From Octopus bimaculoides (lineage: Eukaryota): a stretch of DNA of 46,742 nt. The stretch spans positions 50,337,295-50,384,036 of the forward strand of contig NC_068983.1 of assembly GCF_001194135.2 (NCBI RefSeq). Direction: 5' to 3'. Under the pieces are notes generated by a model that saw only the letters and a program-made list of their open reading frames with translations, did no database searches and had not been told where the DNA came from. The position numbers and the translations under genes are program-made. Every line of letters begins with the position of its first letter. The stretch's first letter is position 1. This document shows, in pieces, positions 11,404 to 22,990 of the stretch.

Positions 11404-13009
11404 GCTATGATATTATTTTGTTATGGACTTCGTTATCTCCAGTGTACCTTTCCTGAGTTGATACGTTATGATTTCATGGTACTTTAATGAATGCTTCTCT
11501 CAAATGTTTTCAAATCATACTCTACTATTTTAAAGAAAGGAAAAACATTGTGGACAATAATGCTCGTGATAAAATTAAGACGACTAGTGTGTGTCCCAGT
11601 CGGAAAAACCACGTTACATCATATATCCACTCGATCAGAACCTAGAACGAGATAGTAAAGAACCATAAAAGGCTGATAAAATACTTGCAACAATGGAATG
11701 GACGAAGCAGAGTAATTAAGCTTTGATGTAGCTAACTATATAAATAAAAATTTCTACAATTGATAGATGAACAAATTTGATAGAAGTGTATATTTCAGAG
11801 TTGTTTGTGAAGTGTCATATGTGATTAGAAAATGTACCTACATTTGAGAATACCTGACCATTGTTTTCTAAACAAATACTTTGAATATTAAAAAAAAACA
11901 TTTTAATTCATCAAACATTCAGTATAATTTTATATGACATTTATTTATTTACATGGGAAAAATAGAGTTGAATTTTGCACAATTGCTAACGTCATGTCTA
12001 GAAATATTTTGTAAAGACACACGACAGAAATTTATATTAGTGGCAGACTTCAGAATACAATGCAAATTTATGTAATGCCTAAAGTAAATTGCGTTTTAAG
12101 TTCTCTTCATATTCAACAAAGTTATGAAGAATAAAAATACAGTTATAGAAAAATTGTATATAATTCTAGTCCATATATTAAGAATAGGCAACCAAACATA
12201 CTAAAAAATAAGAAATGTTTATAAATTAGCTCAGAAACAATGTAAATATAGAGACGAGGATCTTGCAAGCATAACAAATAAAGTAAAAAGTTTCCGTACT
12301 TTCAACAATATTATAATGACAAAACTCAAGGTTGAATCTACTTTAAAATCAATCACGAATGTCGCAGCAAATATCATATAGTTATTGCACTCTTGTGGCC
12401 ATTTTTGTTATTCTCCTTTCAAATTCACAAATATCATTATCCTTTTCCTCACCGTCGTCGTCGTTGTTGTCACCATCATCTCATCTTCCTAACGTTATAG
12501 CTTGTCTAGGGTTGCAAATGCAGGAAGCATATCGATCAAGAAATATATCTATGAGTGGAGAATTAATCTATAAGTTATTAGTAGGATACTTAGAATATTC
12601 AAACCAATTATCTCACGTATTTTTGCGATTAGAATTGCTTTAAGAATTAATCAAATACGTCAATGACATTTCTTTCCAGTTTCTATTTATTTTTACTTAT
12701 ATGTCGTTCACATAATTTTACACATTAATTCCTAAGTATTTATAAGTTTACTTCTGCCCAATTATCACCAACATAAACAGTAGAGATTTTTCGAAAATAA
12801 TTTTCTTTTTTTTCAGCATTGTATTGTCATTGTTTTCTAAATTGAATCTCATATGAATTCCTTCAGTAAATCCATGCATCTTACTTTACTTCTTTCACTA
12901 TCTGCACTTTATAAAAAAAACATAGTTGAATGATCTTTTTATACCGTTTATATATTTAGTCGGGTTTATCATGATGATTAACAGAAAAAATACATAGATA
13001 TAGAAAAGT

Positions 13010-13185
13010 TTCTTGCAATGTTGCTATTCGCAAAGAAAACTTTTTACTTCTTTTCGATCGGCGTTACATTCTAAGTTCAAATTCTGAAGATGTCGACTTT
13101 GTCTTTCATCATTTCAGGGTCGATTAAATAAGTACCAGTCACGCACTGGAGTCGATGTAATTGACTTAATCCCTTTGTTTCTCCT
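13010..13185 (+). mobile_element. SINE family C, diverged copy
   Basis: ctaagttcaaattctgaagatgtcgactttgtctttcatcatttcagggtcgattaaataagtaccag..actggagtcgatgtaattgactt is a reverse-complement match to 8757-8920 and 30100-30300. Confidence 0.8.
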
Positions 13186-13619
13186 TGTTTCACCCTCTAT
13201 GTTGAGCTACCTGTGGGCAATAAAGGAATAAATATTTTCATGGATAAGTCTCCATTTATCGACAAATCTATGAATTTATTTTATTTGTGTTCTGTTCTGG
13301 AGATTAATTTATTTTTATGCATACTAGACTTGATAGCTTTATTGTGTAACATTATCATTATTCAGGGGCGTGAGAAGTATGCAAGCAGGACAAAATGCTT
13401 AGTAGTCATTTTAGTGTGGTTATTCTTCGTATAATCTTGGAGCTTGCAGTTAATGCGTTCCCCAGTGAGCTGTTCCAGTATGCTTTCTACAATGTTAAGT
13501 TATTCATAATTATTGCTAGCACTACATGTGCCATTGTTACATATTGCTACCAGAAATCTAGTTTCTTATAACTGTATCAAATATTCAACATATCTTTTGC
13601 TTACCGCTTCATCAAGCAG

Positions 13620-13830
13620 AGGGATGGTGGTGTCAAATAGAGACACAAAGATACACAAACACATAGTCACTCCCCTCCACACGGATATGACAGGCTTCTG
13701 CGTAGCTCAGATGCTCAGAAGGCATTCATCAGATCGGTGCTATAGTAGAAGACACTTGCTGAAGATGCTGCGCATCGGAACAGGAGCTCAAACGACGAGG
13801 TTGTAAAACGAGCTTCTTAACTACTACAGA
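13620..13830 (-). mobile_element. SINE family A, old diverged copy
   Basis: ctatagtagaagacacttgc is the reverse complement of the gcaagtgtcttctactatag CORE-like segment seen at 20660-20680. A CA-rich internal tract lies upstream. Confidence 0.6.
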
Positions 13831-14889
13831 TTTATATACGTAAAAAAAGTAATATAAAGCTGAAGTAATACTGAAGATATTGTTGTCACTGAAAAAAAGT
13901 AAACAGAAAAAGTATTGATGCCAGCAATTCATGCCTGTGTAGCGCAGAAATTGGGTCGTGAGTCAGTAGTAAATTTTTCAAAAAGCAATTTAGAAATTAT
14001 TAAATTAAGTCAAATTGAATATGAATGAGAATGCATTTTAATGCAAACAAATACGATTTAATTTAGGAAAAAAACTATTTTGGTAATTTAGACAATGTAA
14101 ATGGAGATAATTTAGAAGACGTGGAAATATAATTTGAAAGAAAATTAAATCAAATAATTACTATTCTAAATAAGATACTGATATTGGTAATCGACTACGA
14201 TCCTTGATTAGTATATTCCCTGAATTCGTTAACAGATTTAAGTGACTATGCACCAGTCATAGATTTCCTCTCGACTTTCTGTCATTTAACAAGCGGAACA
14301 TCGAGGTTGTGGCAACTGGTAGGATAAAGGCAGCGCTGATATTAAGTTGGTACACATTTTCAGCTACGTAGTTGAGAGCAACATAATACTAAATTAGAAA
14401 TGTTACAACACAAAACCAGTATAAATGAATCATATTTGGTTGGATTAGATTGATAATTTCTCCAGCATAAATTTGAATTAACTAGATAGAGATTTTATGT
14501 TAAATGTCAGATTTCATCACTGCTCCTTCAGTTGTATGCACACACACACGCACAAACAGGGTACACACAAATAAACGGTGTATGTCCATTTGAATCATTA
14601 CACGCCAACAATAAATAAAATTATTCCTAAAAATAATGAATCACCGACACGTAAATATATTGTTTCATTCTGTCGCAAAATAGGATAAGAAAGAATGACA
14701 AGGGGATTAAACACGAAAGATTAAGAACATATTTCTTTGACTGTAAATACCTAAACATGCTTATTAACGCGGTCATTTCAGACAAGGGACAAGGACTGCC
14801 ATAGTGCTTGATAAGATTTACATACAAATAAATGCAGGAATAGAATAGCGATAAAACGAACAAAAAAAAAAAAAAAGAAATGAAATATA

Positions 14890-15256
14890 GGCACAGGCGT
14901 GGCTGTGTGATAAGAAGCTTGTTTTCCAACTACATGGATCGGGGTTAGGTTCCAGTGCGTATTACCTTGGGCAAGTTACTTTTGCTATAACCTCGGGCCG
15001 ACCAAATTTTTACCCGTGGAATTGATAGAATAAAACTTAAAGAAACTCGTCAAGTATATATATATATATATATATGCGTATGTGTGTGTGTGTTTCTGTC
15101 TGTATTTGTACTCCCATCACCGCTTGGCAATCGGATTTCGTGAGTGTACCTCGCCGTAACATAACGGTTCGATTTGTTCGAGTATAAATCACGCCCGGGG
15201 GCGCTAATCCAGCAGGACCGCGGTGGAATGATTGGAACGAGTAAAAGAAAAGAATA
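14890..15256 (+). mobile_element. SINE family A, near full length, diverged
   Basis: Head ggcacaggcgtggctgtgtga, CORE-like accttgggcaagt, internal (TA)n(TG)n, and tail gatttgttcgag...ccagcaggaccgcgg...gagtaaaagaaaagaata. Confidence 0.8.
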
Positions 15257-15724
15257 CGGCCATTTAATTTGACTAACACCATTGAAACCGGTGCTAAATC
15301 ATAGTCAGTTGTCAGTAACAGAAAAATTTCTAAGTAGAAGGTAAAAGATATTATCATATTCAGTTGTCAGATAATATCATATTCAGTTGTACCGCAAAGT
15401 ATTTTGGTCAAGTTGAAAAATTGACTTGAGCATACGACAAAATGTCTTACAGAATGTCTTCAGGTTCTCTTCTTCCGATCCACGAATACAAGCTACGCCA
15501 AATTTGCATTTCCACTACTCTAAGTTCGTAATACAGTGTAGTTTTGCAAGGCGGACAACACAGGCACTTGTTCAAATTCCGAATGAGATATCGTGTGATG
15601 TATCTTCCAAGCCTTTATTTCCGAATACTTGAGGATGTAAACGTCTTCGGTTGCTCGGTTTCTTTGCACCTTCTGCAAGGAAAGCAAATGAAATGTTGGA
15701 GTAAAGTATATTGTTGGTGTATAT

Positions 15725-16119
15725 TGTTGCTGTTGTTGTTGGCACTCCGTCGCTTACGACGTCGAGGGTTCCAGTTGATCCGATCAACGGAACAGCCTGC
15801 TCGTAAAATTAACGTACAAATGGCTGAGCACTCCACAGACACATGTACCCTTAACGTAGTTCTCGGGGGATATTCAGCCTGACACAGTGTGACAAGGCTG
15901 ACCCTTTGAATTACAGGCACAACAGAAACATGAAGTAAGAGTGAGAGTAAGTTGTGATGAAATAGTACAGCAGGGTTCGCCACCATCCCCTGCCGGAGCC
16001 TCGTGGAGCTTTAGGTGTTTTCGCTCAATAAACACTCACAACGCCCGGTATGGGAATCGAAACCGCGATCCAATGACCGCGAATCCTCTGCCCTAACCAC
16101 TGGGCCATTGCGCCTCCAC
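15725..16119 (-). mobile_element. SINE family B, full length with a perfect 12-bp target-site duplication
   Basis: Starts gtggaggcgcaatggcccagtgg (A-box), has B-box ggtttcgattccc and a (CAA)n tail. The TSD gttggtgtatat occurs at 15713-15724 and 16120-16131. Confidence 0.97.
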
Positions 16120-16851
16120 GTTGGTGTATATATCAAGGCGGAAATAGAACTAACGTGAAAATTACCAGCAAGCATATATATCTAGTTTTGTAAGGGAAAT
16201 TTTCGCATGAGACAATTTACAATTAAATGTTGCATCAGTATAAATATTTATGGAGAAAAATTTCCCTAACCATCCATTGTTCACTCTAGCTTTCCAATTG
16301 CTAGTATTATGTACAAACCAGTATACAAGTATACGTAGTAATTGATACATACAAAGAAACTTAAATGTGATGGTGTCGATGTTATTTAATTATTAAGAAC
16401 TGATTATTTAGGCTGGAGTTCTGACAGTAACGTCAGAGAAAAAGACGAAATTTATTGGCCTATCTACATCATTTATTTGCATTCTGATATTAAATATTGC
16501 TTGAGTTTGGCTTACTTTTTCATCCCGTTGGGACTAATAAAATAAGTATGCTACACTTTTTTTGTAACAGTCTTGAAAAGTTATATCACACAAGTAAGGA
16601 ATCAATAATATTTAAATATTTAAAGTAGCATATAGATAATGACGCAACTGAGGTGGAATAAATTTGCTAAATAGAAATATTTTGTGACCATATTCGGGAA
16701 TATGTAATGTAATATTTTATCACATAGAATGTCACACATATACACACAGTAACACTGGCGTAAATACACACACATTTACATACGTGTACACTTGAGTATG
16801 TTTTTACACGCATATGTATATCTATCTGTTTAACTCTCTCCCACTATATCT

Positions 16852-17025
<174 letters not shown>

Positions 17026-17443
17026 ACAAGTGAGGGCACAAAGAATAAGGTACTCAGGTATTTAGTGAGAGCCTCATATAATGGTTTTATAAAACGATCT
17101 GATTTGGCTCAATGCGACTGGAATTTTCACTGGCTTCTGACAGAAATCTGTCTAATTCAGACATATATTAATGAATGGAGAAACACAGCGAGTCCAAGAT
17201 TGCTACTGGAAGACCAAGATGACTGCGGTTATTTCTTAAATCAGGTCAAATGGTGTCTTTATAATGAAGAAAGGCAACTCAACGGCAGCAGTTTCGTTAG
17301 AATAGGGAATTTCTCGGACAGCCATCTGCTACCGTCTACGTTTATGGAAACTGACATAATTAACCCCAACGAGTGTGACAGTGTATATGAGTGCGTATAC
17401 CAATCGGATGCAAACATAGACGTGGGTGTGCTATTGGTTGTAT

Positions 17444-17481
<38 letters not shown>

Positions 17482-17658
17482 ACGTGTACGCTAGTGCCTG
17501 CTTTATATGCGTATGTGCGCGAATAAGCTTCGGATAAATGTATGGATGTGTGTGCGTAAATAAATATATTCTTGTACTTTTGTGCAGACGTACAAGTGCG
17601 TGAGTCTATGTGTGGAAGACCATATATGCGTGCATGCATGTCTTTTTGTCTGTTGTTA

Positions 17659-17662
17659 TATA

Positions 17663-17696
<34 letters not shown>

Positions 17697-18015
17697 CNNN
17701 NNNNNNNNNNNNNNNNNNNNNNNNNNNNNNNNNNNNNNNNNNNNNNNNNNNNNNNNNNNNNNNNNNNNNNNNNNNNNNNNNNNNNNNNNNNNNNNNNNNN
17801 NNNNNNNNNNNNNNNNNNNNNNNNNNNNNNNNNNNNNNNNNNNNNNNNNNNNNNNNNNNNNNNNNNNNNNNNNNNNNNNNNNNNNNNNNNNNNNNNNNNN
17901 NNNNNNNNNNNNNNNNNNNNNNNNNNNNNNNNNNNNNNNNNNNNNNNNNNNNNNNNNNNNNNNNNNNNNNNNNNNNNNNNNNNNNNNNNNNNNNNNNNNN
18001 NNNNNNNNNNNNNNN

Positions 18016-18056
<41 letters not shown>

Positions 18057-18110
18057 CATGCATATATATATACACATGTATATATACATACATATATAAA
18101 TATATATATA
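17659..18110. repeat. (TA)n-rich microsatellite with a gap
   Basis: Direct reading. Confidence 0.9.
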
Positions 18111-18909
18111 CATGCTTGTCGTATCTATGTGGGCGGGTGTGACAGATGTATGCTGGTACAAATGCAACAGTGTTGCGCACTCATACAAACAATAACACAC
18201 TAACATTCGTACATCTCTGATACATACACACACTAGCATGCAAAATGCGCTCCTTAACGATACGGCCACAGTCGCTCCTACCTTTATTTCTATTTTCTCA
18301 GTCTTCAACGAGTGAAATCGAAAACAGTGGATTGCAGTTCGGTCAGAGTCGCACTAGACTAGGATATAATAGAAAAGAACACACTGTTCGATTCTGACTT
18401 TCTTAAATCCTATAATAGAATATACAGATAATAGCATTTTATTTTTGTTCATAAATAATATACAATATTCAAGTTCTGAAGTAGAATAAATTTTTACATA
18501 CGAAGTCTAGCCGTAATTCGAAGACTAAAACCAAAACCAAAAATATACAAAGAAAGAAAAATATAAAAATCATTCTCATTTACATTACTGGATCAACATA
18601 TGTAGAGACGTCGCTCTTTATCAGATATAAGTTCATCATTTCCATAACGTGACTATATTTTAATACGAGAGATTATGCATTATGAACTATTTCTTTTTGT
18701 TTACCCCAAGTGAATTAATGCAAAGTCGTTGACATAAGCTATTAGGGATTCATACCAATAAGCATTACATATTGGACCAGCGTGTACAAAACGCCTACTT
18801 TAATTTTCAGACCGTGTTATATGCTTATATTCCATAAATTAGTTATACATACGTTCATGCCTACGTGTATATATACATGTATATAAAAATTACGAAGAAA
18901 AAATATATA

Positions 18910-18921
18910 TGTATACACACA

Positions 18922-18980
<59 letters not shown>
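18910..18980. repeat. (CA)n microsatellite
   Basis: Direct reading. Confidence 0.95.
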
Positions 18981-18982
<2 letters not shown>

Positions 18983-19664
18983 CACATAAATGCATATATA
19001 TTTATGTATTTTTCTTCACTAGGATGAAGCGCCATGAACCAGATCGGATGTGCTATAGAATATGACGAATATTATTCTCAGATTTTTATTTGCCATCACT
19101 GAGAGACATTGGAAGCAGAAACGGCTGCTAGATGTGATAAAGTCTTGTATTAAAAAATAATCGATCGTAGTCAATTTGTTGATCAAGAATTTTCTACCTT
19201 TTCTGTTTAATCTAATTTTGATTCCTGATTAAGTCTTGTTTATTTTGTTATTGGTTCTATTCTATGAGCATTATATACTTGCATATGTATGCCCAAGGTT
19301 AACATAGATAATTTATGCCGGTAGTTAAAACGGATATTCTTATCCCTTAGGCGGTTATTGTAAGAGAGATTTTTTCTCCACGGTAACTGCAGTGTATTTG
19401 CCTTTTCACAGTTGTAACATGTAACATCATATTTCAACTAACCGGAATTCCAAACACTGCTTTGTGCCAATGCTTCGTTATTTACCTTGATCGGGTGTTC
19501 TACTAGCGCAAATCAATCAACGTGTTGACTCAAGTATATATAAAGCTACAGCTTTATGAAGTTCGTTCAGAGATGCTTCATTTCACTTACTTCACTTATT
19601 TCCCTGTATATTACCTATCTCCTCCTTTTCCAGAATAATTCGAACTCAAATATTTTCTCACACC

Positions 19665-19728
19665 CTCTCTGATGAAGGGATATCTATAGTATCCCAAGAG
19701 TCAGAAAACCGAAACATCGGTGTCTGAG
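19665..19728 (+). ncRNA. Hammerhead-like motif with an expanded or irregular stem II
   Basis: ctct-CTGATGA(19669-75)-a-gggata(tctatag)tatccc-aagagtcagaaaacc-GAA-acatcggtgt-C-tgag. There is a perfect 6-bp inner hairpin, a near-palindromic stem III and a GUC site, but extra bases precede GAAA and stem I begins with a U-U pair. Confidence 0.5.
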
Positions 19729-19949
19729 ATTCCTAACAGATGGTGGCATTGAACGAACTGGGTATTTTCACACCTTTTTACCATAACAGAGATCTTTTTT
19801 CTCCACGGTAACTTCAGTGAATTTCCCTTTTGGCAAGTGAAATATGTGACACACATATTTCAAATAACCTAAATTCTGTTCATATCTAAATACTGCTTTG
19901 TCCAATGCTTCGTTTTATATATATAAATATATAATCATTTTATAGTAAT

Positions 19950-20400
19950 TTGACATCCTTGTATTCTTACCTTCACCTCAAATTTTACTACGAAAACTAC
20001 TACCTACTTCAATATCCTCTCACCCATATATTTTCTCTATCTTTTCTCTTACTTTTCACTATCCATCCCTTAATGCACCTCTGCCATATCACTCCTACTC
20101 ATATATTTCACATTCTTTTACTCCTTATCTTCTCATCTCTTCCTTTCCATCCGCACACCTCTCTCATTCTCCCATCACATCATCTTGACCACCAACTAAC
20201 ACTCCCTTTTTCACTTCTCTCACTCTTTCCTCTTCACTTATTGCTTTTCGTCCTCTCCTTTTTTCTATTTTTCTTTTCTCTCTCTTCCTTCCTCTCATTT
20301 TCTCTTCCTGTTCTCAATTTGACCTATCTCCTCTTTCTAATCATACACATTTCTCCTCCCTCCATCTATCCACAGATACTACCAATACATTCTCAAATTT
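19950..20400 (+). repeat. CT-rich low-complexity tract (possibly retroelement UTR)
   Basis: Strong pyrimidine strand bias similar to 1466-2042. Confidence 0.6.
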
Positions 20401-20581
20401 TCATTCACACCACAAAACCCTTTCGAACCAGCAACACTGATTACAAGACTCCAAATCTTGAAATGACTAAAGATGAACTGCTATTGGAACTTACATACCA
20501 CGTACAGGAAACCTTTTTTACCGCTTCTGTACACCATTTTCCTCCAATAATGGAACTGAAACTACAATATCTTTATATATA

Positions 20582-20682
20582 GGCGTAGGAGTGGCTGTGT
20601 GGTAAGTGGCTTGCTTACGAACGACAAGGTTCTGGGTTCAGTCCCACTGCATGGCACCTTGGGCAGATGTCTTCTACTATAC
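20582..20682 (+). mobile_element. SINE family A head (tRNA-derived plus CORE-like segment), 3'-truncated
   Basis: A-box tggctgtgtgg at 20592-20602, B-box-like ggttcagtccc at 20635-20645, then ggcaccttgggcagatgtcttctactata. Confidence 0.88.
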
Positions 20683-20879
20683 CAACTTTCAAGAAACGAG
20701 CCATACCTGTATCAAAATACTGTCCCTTAAAATCAAAGGTTATTGCGGCGTGCCTTACAATTTGCTTAATCGAGCTGATGTCTGGCATTATTTATCTGAA
20801 TCGGAAGGAATAAAAGAAAAAAATAGAAAAGGTAAGAGATCCTGAAAGAGTGACAAAACCTGTATTTATGCATATATGT

Positions 20880-20932
20880 GTATATAAACTCATACACACA
20901 CATGTACACACACACACACACGCACACACACA

Positions 20933-20988
<56 letters not shown>

Positions 20989-21075
20989 NNNNNNNNNNNN
21001 NNNNNNNNNNNNNNNNNNNNNNNNNNNNNNNNNNNNNNNNNNNNNNNNNNNNNNNNNNNNNNNNNNNNNNNNNNN

Positions 21076-21110
<35 letters not shown>
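20880..21110. repeat. (CA)n...(TA)n microsatellite with a gap
   Basis: Direct reading. Confidence 0.95.
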
Positions 21111-21114
<4 letters not shown>

Positions 21115-22231
21115 ACGGAGATAGACAGACAGTTGCTTATTTTATTATTTGCATACACGTACTCACACACTCTTACAGATATGCGTGCACACATATACGC
21201 ATAAATATGTAGATAGATATAGATATATAGTTATGCATGTATATATGCATATATATAGCATATGCAGTAACTTCAAATAATTCGCGTGCAATCGTTAGTG
21301 TGCCTTGACGAAATATTTGAACGGCTGCATAAGTTTTGTCGACTATAATATAGTTTTTACTCGTTACACGTGCTTTAATATTCCATTCTTAATGAACACT
21401 TGTTTGCAGGAAATGGTCATTTCTAAATCATCTTCGCTATCGATGTCGATATCTCGATGATACCAAATATTTTGCTTACCATATAGTACCAAAAAACTGC
21501 TCACTTAATTGTATATTCAATGTCGTTTTTTCAGGATTTCAGAAATGCATATCTCATAAATTCACCATTTAGTAACAATGCTATTCACTGATGTCTTAAT
21601 AAACAATATATCAATTTCCATTTATGGACACGATTGTTAAAGGGCAAGAACAATTGTCTCGCGTTGTCATCTTCGCATGGATTCTCGCAAAATTCTAGTG
21701 ACCTTGCCATGAAGTTAAAATATATTATGAATTCAATAAAGGGGTCGATGTGCCTATTGTATCACTCATTATATCAAGACTTATACCGTACATGTCACCC
21801 TAATTGAAGCATAAGTCTTGAGTTATAAAATTTTCATTGAGTCTTTCCATAATGATCGGAGAAATAAATATTTTAATACTGCAGATATAATTATGATTTA
21901 TTGAAGAAAATAAATGTTTCCTTTATCTCCTTGTCATCGTGTTCAAAGCGTCAATAATCTTGAACGATTTAAAAGGGTTTTCGCAACTAAAACATTCATA
22001 ACAGAAATTTATATATTAAAGCTAAAACGTGCATTTTATATATTCTGTCATTTTCAATATTTGACATATCTTACTTGAGAATCATACATTATATCATTAC
22101 ATATTTTCTACGTGTTACACAGAATCTATTAAAATATGGCGTCACTATAATTGCCTCTCTGTTGAATTCACATGAACATGAATATAGTTTCACAATCATT
22201 GATAATCCAATCGTTGCAAAATAATGTTAAG

Positions 22232-22247
22232 TATAATAATAATGATT

Positions 22248-22298
<51 letters not shown>

Positions 22299-22299
22299 T

Positions 22300-22338
<39 letters not shown>

Positions 22339-22436
22339 CAACGATGAGGATGATGATGATAATGACTACGACGACGATCATGATCATGATCATAATGATA
22401 ATAGTAATAATAATAAAATTAATAATAATAATGATA
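22232..22436. repeat. (GAT)n/(AAT)n trinucleotide microsatellite
   Basis: Direct reading; it explains the poly-D, poly-M and poly-I ORFs. Confidence 0.95.
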
Positions 22437-22544
22437 AAAGTAAAGTGCTACAACATAAGTAAATACCAAATAGATTTGCAGGCAAAAAGTGTGAGCTGTA
22501 AAAGCTATAGCGGTCCACATTAGAAGATGACTGCTGCAAGATTG

Positions 22545-22990
22545 TACTCTATCTCACACACTTTTTCTGTCTGGCACTGTCACCTTTAACGGACATGATA
22601 AAAGGGAGCCGGATGTAAACAGAAATGTTATGGTAAGATTGATGATATCAAATTGTGTGTGGCAAATGATAAACAACTGGATACAGTACGAAGAACATTA
22701 CACGGATTTCCCAAACAAGTCGATAAGAGAGTTTATTAGAAAAATGTGCCTAAGCATCCTTGAAAGAACGAAAAACATTATATCACGCTAGATAAAGAAA
22801 CTTAGATACGAGAATTAGACCAAGGCTAAGCACAGCCATACAGATATTTGGAAATCAATGAACTAGACAATGCACAAAACACATTAACGTAGAAACCGAT
22901 TAGGTATGAAATTATAGATGCATAAGATTAATATGTTCAATAGAGTAAAGATAAACAAATCAGAGATGATAGGTATCAATAGGCTAATTT
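22545..22990 (+). pseudogene. Non-LTR retrotransposon RT relic, R4/Dong-like (R2 group)
   Basis: Ordered motifs across stops and frameshifts: FFCLALSPLTDMIK (22562-22603), IDDIKLCVANDKQLDTV (from 22638; cf. YMDDIKLYAK), LEKCA (22736-22750), ITLDKET*IRELDQG, YRYLEINE (22839-22862; cf. YKYLGI). Confidence 0.82.

Noticed and set aside
15347-15390. Short tandem duplications (here, and the 11-mer at 31661-31688)
   Set aside because: Two to three perfect units without spacers, consistent with slippage duplications; not a CRISPR or functional array.
19950-20582. 210-aa hydrophobic ORF
   Set aside because: It mostly reflects pyrimidine-rich low complexity. The last 60 aa have no motif I can recognise.
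22172-22523. Poly-Asp, poly-Met and poly-Ile ORFs
   Set aside because: These are three readings of a (GAT)n microsatellite.
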